From: Tubiluchus corallicola
Lineage: Eukaryota; Animalia; Priapulida
Direction of reading: 5' to 3'
Assembly: GCA_030141605.1 (NCBI GenBank)
Contig: JAQGDQ010000005.1
Span: forward strand, 1,426,180 to 1,490,179
Length of the DNA stretch: 64,000 nt
This document shows, in pieces, positions 11,885 to 23,000 of this stretch. Numbering within the stretch: position 1 is the first letter of the stretch; each line of letters begins with the position of its first letter. Position numbers and translations under genes: made by a program. The notes under the pieces were generated by a model. The model saw only the letters and a program-made list of their open reading frames with translations, was not told where the DNA came from and made no database searches.

Positions 11885-13273
11885 ATGAGGCTGAAGATAA
11901 AGCACATCGTGATAATAATGATGTTTTTGTATGTGCTTAGTGTCTATCTAATTTATACAGCAGTCAAACATACTGCAAAATACTCAGACAATCACACTAG
12001 TGCAGGACAAGAATTGGTGAAGAACAAAATGGATATCGAAATAACTCGTAGTATTCACTTACCTAAAATTGCTATTAGTTATACTAAAAATGAGGACAAT
12101 GATTTCCAGCCAGACTTTTTTCAAGATGATGGATGTAAAGTGGAAAATAAATGTAATAAGTATTACGGACATTTCACGGCAGTTATTCCCAACAGTTTGT
12201 ACATTTACTCGGTGCATTACGATGCAAGGTATAAGCAAAGCGATTACTTGCGTTTTATTGCTATAGGTGATAAAAACATACGTCAGAGAATTGACGATTT
12301 TGTATGTCAGTTTAGCACAGCTCTGGCAAAAGAAGAAAGTGTCGCAAGCGAACTTACTGTATACGAAATGTGTGAAAACCATAACAGGATATACGGTGGA
12401 TACATCCTATCATGTACTGTGCCAAAAAATCACATACCCTGCAGGGTCAAACTGTCACACAAATCAGACAATTCCCATGTGGATTTTCCAGTGAAGCATC
12501 CAGGAAGCAAGCCAGTTAATAAGTTTTCCATCTGTGTTCCACCGATATATGGAAATATCTCAACAGAGTCAATTGTTGAGTTTGTTGAGCTAAATAAAAT
12601 CCTGGGAGTGGACCATATTCACTTCTACATATACAAAGATATTGAAAATCATCCCACAGGAAATGTATCAGTGCCGTTCATGAGAGCATTACAACACTAT
12701 AGTGAAAAAGGCTCAGTTTCATTTGAGTACTGGCCACTACCAGTCACGAAACGTTCCATTTGGTATTATGGACAAAGCATATCAATAGCAGACTGTCTCT
12801 TCAAACATGCAGGACGAACAGAATATCTTACCTTCCAAGACTTAGATGAATACATCATTCCAAGAGAGCAATACTTAACTTTAGATGAGTTAGTGAATTT
12901 GTTATGGAAAGAGGATACTGCAGGATTAAAATTTAGTAGCGTATTTTTTACGGATGAGAACAAACGTTCTGGTGAATTATTAACATTACAATCTTTACAA
13001 AGGACATCGTCCATCAGTGCAGTTCGATCAAAGTGCCTGGTAAAACCTGAATTAATATTCGAGCAGGGTATTCATCACATCAGCAAACCATTAGATGGTT
13101 ACAGTGACAGAAAAGTACCAAGCGAAGTAGCATTGTTGCACCACTACAGAAAGTGCAACAAAGATTTTGGCATGAAGTGTGAGCCGCAAGAAAAAGACAT
13201 GACAATCTTAAAGTACCACAGTGAACTGACATATCATGTAAATGCTGCACTGAAAAATTTAGAAGCCAAGTGA
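11885..13273 (+). CDS. Glycosyltransferase family 92 (GALT-1-like), paralog 2; single coding exon, 462 aa type II membrane protein
   Basis: Uninterrupted ORF with AAAATG start, N-terminal basic tail and TM (MRLKIKHIVIIMMFLYVLSVYLIYTAV). Motifs FSICVPPIYG, VEFVELNKILG, GQSISIADC, QDLDEYIIP (DxD) and SKCLVKPELIFEQGIHHI. Collinear with paralog 1 (CENHxRxYGGYxLSC is shared). Confidence 0.9.
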   Translation: MRLKIKHIVIIMMFLYVLSVYLIYTAVKHTAKYSDNHTSAGQELVKNKMDIEITRSIHLPKIAISYTKNEDNDFQPDFFQDDGCKVENKCNKYYGHFTAVIPNSLYIYSVHYDARYKQSDYLRFIAIGDKNIRQRIDDFVCQFSTALAKEESVASELTVYEMCENHNRIYGGYILSCTVPKNHIPCRVKLSHKSDNSHVDFPVKHPGSKPVNKFSICVPPIYGNISTESIVEFVELNKILGVDHIHFYIYKDIENHPTGNVSVPFMRALQHYSEKGSVSFEYWPLPVTKRSIWYYGQSISIADCLFKHAGRTEYLTFQDLDEYIIPREQYLTLDELVNLLWKEDTAGLKFSSVFFTDENKRSGELLTLQSLQRTSSISAVRSKCLVKPELIFEQGIHHISKPLDGYSDRKVPSEVALLHHYRKCNKDFGMKCEPQEKDMTILKYHSELTYHVNAALKNLEAK

Positions 13274-14003
13274 TTCAGTTGTTACCTATAGAAATGTTAT
13301 AATATGAAGACATTTATGTTACGAAGTTACTGAGGTTATGTGGTTCTATTTGCTTTCACTTTTACACTTAGTTTTTCACTCGTGTGATGTAATTTATTAC
13401 CTACTAGAAACACACAGAAAGAGATCCTCGCTTTGCACTTTTAATAACTATTACGTGACACACTACAGCAGTCAACAAATAATTCATGCACAAGTTTCGT
13501 TGAATTTGATATTTGATTTACACGTAACTAATTTTTGGTCAAATGCAAAATATGAACCAAAGGCAGACACAATTTTCTTTTAACTATTACAGTTTTTACA
13601 CACCATGTCCTGAAAACAAAGTAACACTGATGTACAGCAAAATACATAAATGAGAACAAATTAATGTATACAACACTGACGACGTATATGAACTATTCAA
13701 TATCAGTGCAGATAGCTCGAACGTCGAGTCTAGATGATGTATACGAATTGTTCAATATCCATGGAGATAAACCGAATGTTAATCGATAGAACCATGTTAT
13801 AATGCGAAAATAAGGATACAATTAAATGAATTAAATTCCAATTTATATACACAGTGTAAAAAACAATTACAGACAGGTCTGAGCTTATATTAGTAAACCA
13901 GACCTCTTCACTCATGGGTGCTAAAACAGGAAACTAGTTTCAATTCATTTATTTGAAGAACCTTGTTTTCACATGTTTATTGTTTGAGTTTTAGTGTACT
14001 TAC

Positions 14004-17000
14004 AATTTCGTAAAAATATAAAGCTCTGTCGTAATTCTTTAATCCAGTGTACACCATACCACCATAATAATAATAAGCAAGAAAATATTTTACATCATAC
14101 TGGCCATTCTGAAAACATAATAATCACTTTATTAGATATTTCTCCACTAAGTTTTTTAACTAATGTGTTTACTACAAAAATGAGTTTTGCCTCCATTTAC
14201 ATAATAATAACTTGTGATCTGCATTTTTTAATGAACAGTTTGGTGAAAACAATTGCTAACACTTTACATAGCAGTAACATTGTACAGAAAATACTACTAA
14301 TGTATTTCAGACTAGAATTCATGCTTTTTCATTTCTCATATTAGTACACATTACAATACAACACCATAACAGTCAAAATTTTTTTTACCTCTTTGCTCAA
14401 ATCTGTAATATCAATTTCTAAGAATTCCAAGGCTGGCTTCAGATTTTTGGCAAGTAAACACAACTGTAATAAAAGAAAATAAAAGATCGTGTTATAATCA
14501 CAAATAATAAGTAGTGTTGCAAATGTTTTTATTCGAGTTGCACAATGCTCATATATATTTGTAAGTATCTATGCGATGTGTTGAAAGTTTACAAGCTATA
14601 ACAATTTAAATTTTGTTAATAAGATCAATACATACCTGACACAGATCTGCATGTATAGATGTTAACTGAGATGGATAGAGTTGAATTTTCCATATTGCTT
14701 TAGAAAGCAGCAATATGCCTCGATTTGGCTTAAAAATGGAAACAGAAAATTTAGTAGAAAAGATATGCACAAAACTCATGTTCATCATTATTTTACTAAA
14801 ATATGAATATTAATTTTTTTTACACTAAACATTTTCACATTACTGTAGTTTATTATAATTTAACAAATTACATACCTGTTTGCGTTCAACCAGCTGAAAT
14901 GTCAACAAATGGCACAAATCTGCATCTATAAATAGATTTGAAAATTTTAATTCAAATTTCAAAATACTGCCTTATCAAAAATTCTTAGTAGCTGGAACGC
15001 TTACTAATAAATGTCATGGCAGCAAGATAAATTCTGTCATTTCAATTAAACGAACCTGCGATTCTGAGACTCTTTGAGATCACCATTAACATATTATCTC
15101 TACACCAACAACAGCAATTCGTAAATGTTATGGTACCCGATTTATAGGGATCCTAATTATCATTCAACTTCAAATCACTTCAACTGCAATTGAAACAGAG
15201 TTTAAATGACTCTGTACTGTGTCTCAATATGTTTTTAAACACATGTTATTGAATTTCTGCAAATAATGCTCAACACCGTAATTTATTGATCATGAATATT
15301 TACTGTTTGATAAATTCATTGAAGGGAAACTTAACCTAATACAACCCAGTTTAAATAAATCACAATGAAGTTGCTGAATTAGTTAACCTTAGGTCCAAAG
15401 CTTAAACGTACAAAATATATAGATATAGAACAGCTTTAGTGGAAATGTGAATCTAATCTCATTATACAGTATTCATTCGCTGAGCTGTGGTGATTTATTT
15501 GCTCATACTAAAGTCCAATCCATTGCAAACATTAAAATGAAGCCTGGGGATCTTCTGCTATGCAAGAAAAAGAGCTTGTAACAGTTTTAGTTCATTTGGA
15601 AATATCTTTGCAATTACAGATGCTCCAATGCCAGGGCCAGATCATCCACAATCTAAATATATTTCTGTATTAGTTAGTACTGCAAAAATGTTTGACATGC
15701 TTCAACCATTTGTTTCTTTTTCTTTAACAATTTAACTCAATTTTTTTTATTTCAAACTGTGCTCACAGTTAAATAAATGCTCAATATGAGATATATGGAA
15801 TAATTTACACAAACACAGACAGCTAATTGAAGTAATTATGTTCACATTTGTATGCTCAGAATACATAGATTACCACAAGTCAATCTAAAAAAATTTAAAC
15901 AATCTGACAGTGTTAGCCGCCAAATAAACTTTTGCAGAAGATTGAATGCGATGCACACAGAAAATGATCAGTTGTAAAATAGTCAAGGAAGAACTTACAT
16001 GAATCGGTGGCATATCTAACCTGCTCACCATTTGAACTGTGTATGAATTCTTGAGTTAATGCAAACAAACCTTCAAAGTCACCTATGTTTGGATGCTGCC
16101 AATATTTTGCAATGCTAAAACAAATAAAAAGCAATAAAATAGAAAGTCATACAACAAACCTACCGTATTAATGAGTTTCTCAGAAATCATTTAGAACTAC
16201 TCTATGAAAGTTTGCAAAGTAGGCAGTCATCCTGCAGTAGTAGTCTAGAGATGAAAGTACTTGGCAAATCTAACAAGCAGTAAACCAGGCTAACTAGCCT
16301 AAAATAGGCCAGGACCACTATTTTTAGTCATAGATCAAAATTTTAAGTATTCTGATACATGTTATTGATTACTCATTTTTGACCATAGAGTAACTAAAAT
16401 TTTCATTCCCTTCTATTTTTCTCTTCTATCAAATAATGGTGGTCCCTGCTAAAACTGGATATATTAAAATCGAGATGTATGGCCATTGATTATTGACTGA
16501 TTATTCAACATGGGTTGGTTATTTCGAAAAAATGGCACTATTAGGAATTGATCAGGGTAGACTAGAACAAAATCACAAGAAAGTGCTCCTATAAAATTCT
16601 AGATACATCTTTAAAAGTGAGCAACATAGCCTGACTTATCAATTTGATTGTGCTGAACTAAGGAAGCTGCTGCAAGCTTAAAAAATTAGTGGAAAGGATC
16701 ACAAATACAAAAATTAAGTTTCCGCCAAAAACACAAAAAATAAGATGGTGCAGCCACTTGTGTAATAAATTAGCTGTACTGCATTTTCTACAAGAGATAG
16801 GACGATGACTTTAGTATCTATATATAACATTTAAAGATCAAAGGTTTAGGGTAGTAATATTATTATCCACATTGAACTGTAACAATATCAGCAGTATCAT
16901 GTATACATATCACACGTTCACTGAAGGGTTTGACAAAGAAGTCAGCAATGAGAAACAAACATCTAAAGTCAGAATTTACAGATCCTGATATACAGATAAC

Positions 17001-20000
17001 ATCACCTCTAAAACAATTTGTCACATTCACCAGCACATTTGCACAAACTTTTGCAAACGAGACTTGCATGGACACATTTACAACTGCTACCCAATAGCAA
17101 CATTTAATAAGTTGTTGTCATGCTTCAGGTCTAAATGTCAAGTGTGGTTCCTATGTCACTTCAGTCAAGAGACCTCTTTCAGGACCAGTCAGTTGGTGAT
17201 CGTAAAACTCGGGCAGTGGCCAATGCTACCCACAACTGCATCTTGCCTGATATACCACACATCTGGTGTGGTATACCACATATACCACACATACAGAAGG
17301 AATTGACCTTCCCTTTCTTGTGAACAAGTATTTACGTATGACAATACATACGTATGACATATACAATGTGCTAGCTTTATCGTACCGGAGAACAACAAAA
17401 TGTTCAAGCACAGGCATGAGTTTAGTAAGTTCCACAGCTCAAGTAGTGTTTTTAGAGTTACAAATGCTTCTTTTACCATTTTAAAGACTTATCACATTTT
17501 TCCCCTCACTGTAAATGCCAAAGACTGGTCGCTGCAGGCATTAGCATGGAATACTGACAGAATAGATGCTTTTCGGGGCCCATGTCATTCACAATTTCAT
17601 ATGCCCTAAGATATGGCCTGTATCTGACGATAGTCATCTTTTTGGCCATCTTTAATGGATACTACCTACCTTTAAAGTACATATGTTTACATAAAGACAC
17701 TAAAATCATTATCCCAATTGACTTAGAACATGCAAAACAGCCATATTACACAAGTGCCTGCAGCCTCCTTGTCAGCCATCTCGAAATCCTAACTGAGGTG
17801 ATGTCATCAAATGTTTTTAAGTATCAGATGTGACTTCTTTGATCTTCAAAACCTATATTTAGATACTAAAATCGTCAACTTATCTGCTATAACATCTAAA
17901 ATACTTCTTAGGCTTTTAAAAAAACAGCCACCTTAATCGGCCATAAGGAGTGATTTTCGATTGGCCTCATATCTAAAATAAATCTCCTTGATGGATTCTA
18001 GCATTGTGCAAAGTGTTAAAACTTTCAGGCAAAATGAGTAAGTTTTCACATTTTGGCTAGACTATTGCGAAAACCTGTATCTTTCATAATTTTGCATGTT
18101 TTAACGCAGGAGGTGAAAGCTTAATGACATTCGTGTTACAAGCAGCTTTTCTAGACCAATGCAGAAAAGAATTATTCTGCTACAGTATTGCACATCACAC
18201 TCAAAGTCATTCTTAGAAAAAATTGCTTATCAATCATGTCAAAAAAGGAAACTAGGGTTCAAGAACACAAAAATGTGCACAATTTGTGGCTCTATCCACA
18301 AAACAAATGATTAAACATTAACAGGGATAGGGCACCCTATGTTTTTTGCCCCAGGTGCTGGAAGCACTAGCTATGACACTGCATTAAAATCACCTCTTAA
18401 TTAATTCTCCTATCTAGGGATGAGGGCATTGCCATTAAACATGCTGGAAAAAACAGCTTATCCAAGCAGTTAACGCTTTTAATTTAATTCTCAAAATATG
18501 AATTTATGAACTGGTCAGTTGGCTGTTTTATATTCAAACTGAGTTAGTTTGAAAAGTTACCTTAAGAATTAATCAGAAAAATTATTATAATCTGAATGTC
18601 AAGATTATTATTAATAACAGAAGAAACCCACAATTAATTAAATTTTGAAACCAGACTTGGAAAGTGGAAAAAGTGAAAAACCAGGGATACTGTCCAGATA
18701 TAAACCAGTGGTTTACTGTATCTCAAATCAGGGCAGGACAGTGGTTAAGGCAGTTAAAGTTGATCCCCAATAACTTGTTCCATTATTAATTTGAGAAAAT
18801 GTCTTGTTTAACTTTTGACCAAATTTGAGTCAAATTTAGTTTGCAATGACTGACACTAGGATTCTGCTGACAGAATTAGGTGCCACCTTGGGAACGCTCA
18901 TATAGGCGACTTAAAGCTTTTAAACATTTCTATTAGTACAGAAAAATCTCATAATTTTCGTTTGGTAAGGCAGGAGTTTTATCACTACCTGGGGGAAACA
19001 AATTAGATTTCAGCCTATAATCAATGACAACATAAAAGAAGTTCCATACAATAAACAAAATACACATACAGAATTGCCAGTACGCCAAGCGAATGTTGTT
19101 GTAGATCCAAGGTTGCAAGAACATTATCAAGATGTGATGCATGCTTGCTTAATATTTCTGCTGTCTTGCTGATATACTCACACAACTGTGCAAAATTACC
19201 TACAGGTAAAAGAAAAAAAATGAACTGGCATGTGGTAACAAACTAATCTAAATGTAGATTTAAAACATTGGTGTTAGGTAGTATTTAAAGTTGTCAACCT
19301 GTTAAAGTGAGTGAGACAGTAAGACCGCAAAAGACTCAACTGGACAGTCTGAGAGCCTCTCTCAAGATGAAAAGAATCCTTTGCAAAACATTGGACAGAG
19401 TCGATTCCACATTTGCTATTTTTAGACATTTAAAGCTGTGTCGATGAAGCAAACTCACTTTTGGGCAAGGAAGGTAAATACTTTTACATTCTTGACAACT
19501 GAAATTAAAGAAATTCTCCCTCTCCCTCTCAAAATCATCTTATATTATTTTTTTCAAAAGCCATTTCATTCGAGTTTCAAAACATGATCGGCACGCAGAT
19601 TAAAAAATACAAATTGATCTAGAAAACTTTCATCATAACACAGGAATGAAAACATTTATGTCATCAAAGGCCTAGGATCTACCAAGTTATCTTAACAAGA
19701 GTTTGTCATCGTGACACCACGATACATTAACTGCAACATTTTAAAGGTGACTTACAAAGGAATTAAGACTTTCTCAATAGCTGTAATAATAACATTATTC
19801 TGAATCTCCAGAAGGCTAATATAAATTTACGACTTTTAGCTAAAACTTTAAGTATATAACAAGAGTCAACTTTACATATTATATACTGTGATGATAATAG
19901 ATCACAAAATAAATGACAAATTATAAATTAATTTCTAGCAACTGATGTCACTGAGTAGTCATGTGAACGCTGATATAGCAATCCTAAAATTTGCATCAAG

Positions 20001-23000
20001 TTTTCACTTTTTCATAAGAACAAAAAGAAAATTCGGTCACAACCGCATCTTTAACAATTGATCTTCAATTTTCAATTCATTTGCATTTCTTCTGACACAA
20101 CCTTCATCATCTGACACTATCTTCTAACTAAGAACATAGTGAATGGTTTCCTCACAGATCAGGTTGAAAAGCAAAAAATGGTAGTGTAGATTAGATTTGA
20201 AAGGAGAAAAAGTAATTTTCATTCACTTTTTCGTATTTAATAACAGTTTTTGCTAAGGTCATCAGTCTGCCACAACTAATGCTTTTTTACTTGAAATAAG
20301 TAACAGATCATAGTAAAATTTTGATCTATAACTTTGTTTGCAATTGTTATGGTAGTAGTTATGACATCAAATAAAAATAAGGAGATTTTTTCTATCGTGT
20401 GACTGATGTCTGATCTACAATTTACCACTACCGCAGGCTGCAAAAAAGAAGTAAAAAGTATATAGGCCTAAAGGCCTAATCTAAATTCATCTTTTCTTTT
20501 TGCTTAATTATTGTAATCATTATTAATCACATTGACAGTCTAGTTAGTAATTCCCTTAGCTAATTTGCATATAAATTTTGCTGACGTGCAGTAATTAAAA
20601 CATGGATGTTTGAAAGATTACATAAATAAAAAATGTATTTCCTTCACAGAGAAGAATAAGTGATTGAAAAAACAATGATTTCAAGATCTATTTGTATTTA
20701 GCCAATACTGTTAAACGGATAATATGAAGAACAGATGCACTGCGCCATTAATTAAAGAATGTCCCAGCTCTGTTTCAAACACCAAGACGACAAGAATAAA
20801 TTTAACAACTTTATTGTAACTCGCAAAACAATGAGGATATAACTAGAAAGATGAGCGCAACGGAAAAACAAAGAAGTTGAAAACAAAAGGGCAACTTTGC
20901 AAAAGGGATAAAGTTGATAACACTAACAACACGCATGTATACTGGCGCTGTTCCTGATTTTATAATAATTTCAGTAAAACAAAAAAAATTTGGAGATCGA
21001 AGCAAAATCAAATCTACAATTTATTAGTTAATATTATATTTATGAAATCTACGATACTTAAGTTCAAACAAATTATGTGGAAGATGGCACCTACAGATAT
21101 CCATTCCTGTCAATTACTATAAAATTTGCAGCTTCAAGGCTCTCCAATAATTTTGTTATTAAAGGAAAACAGGATGATTTTTTGTATTCTAACCTAAGGA
21201 ATTTTGAAGTACGGTGCAAAGTATAAACTTTAAGACTTATAATGATGCCAAAGCATTTCTGATAATTAAATAATAGGTTAAAAACTGAATAAAAGGCATG
21301 CAAGCCCAACTAGTGATGACATATCAACTGAACATAATTTTCAATAGCACAAGCACAAATATCCCACGGTCTATTGCATGTTTTTGTAAGCCTGCGAAGA
21401 GGTTTGTCAATCTAACGAAAGTGTGACCCGGGCAATGAATTGTGTCGCAAGTATCAGGAGGATATTTCTAGCCAAACTAAGGTCTGTGCTTCAATCGCAA
21501 AATCACAGAACACAACAAACCAACAAACGGAAGCCACCACTGAAATGCTCAAATGTGCAAGAAATGTGAGAAATAATCTAATTAGCTGGCAGGAAGACCA
21601 ACCAACCAATCTCTAGGCGTCTATTACCAAGCCGATGGGTTTTCTTGGTCGTAGTAGGTAGATCATTTTGAATTGGCTATTTTACAAGATAAATTAAAAA
21701 ATTACAAAATAACCAAGTCAAACTGATCTACCTACTATGACCAAGAAGACGATTGAGCCAATCAATTTATAAGTAGCTAGCAAGCTGAAGGAGTGTTGTC
21801 ACCCCAAATATAAGGGGATTCCCAGATTTTAGTTTCTGCTTAGGCTCAGTAGTATACGCCTCGATCAGTGGCTGTTTCTTCATTTCCACAGGTGTAGTGT
21901 CCTTAGAGAGATCAGAATCATGGATAAGAAAAAGAGGAATATTGAAGAATGTTAAGTGTTTCAAGACAGATTAATATGCACTGTACTACACAGATTGTGT
22001 GATACACTGTACTAATATGCATTGTAATAAAATTACCACACAACAAATGTAATAGTAAGGACACACTGCCTTCTGTCTGTTAAAACACAGACAGCCACCA
22101 AAGAGTATGAACATCAAAACCAAGGTGACACAGCTTATAGATTAACTTGATGTGAGAGATAGAGTCGAATACAGTTGACCACTTAGACAGAAAACTGTGC
22201 CGATTTGATCATATAAGATTATTTGTCAAAACAAAATGTAACATGTGCTGACTCAGAATCCGTTCAAACACCTTAGAAACAACAGAGGTTAAAATAATGG
22301 GACGACAGGATTTAGGTAGAGACTGTAAACCTTTACTTTTGCATATTGGGATAATGCTAGAGTCAAGCCATTCCAGGGGAAGAGTCCCAGAATCATAGGA
22401 TTTTTGAAACACAATGGTTAATGGTTCTGCAAGTTCATTAGTTAGTTGCTGCAAGAAGTAAGGATGATAGTTATCTGGACCAGGCGACGAATGTGGTCTC
22501 AAGTTGGCTAGATCGTGTTTTAACAATTTCAGTTAGAAATTGAAGTGGATGGTAGTGGGTGTTTACTAAGGGATTATAGAAATTAGATGAAACACCATCA
22601 TCCTCAGTAAAAGCCTCCTTGAAAGTAGTATTTAGCAGTTCAACTTTAGCCAGATCTGTTTTACATAATGTACCATCCTCGGAAAGAAGAGCAGGGGGTT
22701 CAGCATACAAACGAGAATTGGCATATTTGTAGAAACATTTAGGACTGGATTTTGCATTAGCAACAATTCGATTTTCATGTTGTTGCTTAGTGAACTTAAG
22801 ATCTCTATGTATTTTCTGTGATTTCTTGAAGTTGGATTTACCTTATATAAATGATATATGCATTGCTTGAGGGGGACACTTTGAAGAATTGATGTAGTAA
22901 AAACCAATGTTTGTTCATACTGACGGAAGTGCAAATAGTTATAGGAACATACTCATGAATTACTATAGATACGAAATTGTGAAAATTGTTGTAGCATGAT

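Noticed and set aside
9232-13014. Short alternative-frame and antisense ORFs within the GT92 genes
   Set aside because: These are expected shadows of long real ORFs.
13678-13790. Tandem duplicate translating twice as DDVYELFNI with apparently synonymous changes
   Set aside because: The period is 55 bp (not a multiple of 3), stops follow, and most differences are CpG-type transitions. It looks like a decayed non-coding duplication.
13994-14344. 116-aa + strand ORF
   Set aside because: It is the antisense shadow of COPS3 exon 7 plus intron, with a GTG start.
17251-17294. TATACCACAC-ATCTG-GTGTGGTATA hairpin with local TATACCACA repeats
   Set aside because: Only a 10-bp stem inside a decayed LINE. 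It is consistent with a template-switch scar and there is no evidence of function.
21650-21665. GTAGTAGGT resembling let-7
   Set aside because: The seed-containing 5' end TGAGGTAG and the 3' half do not match.
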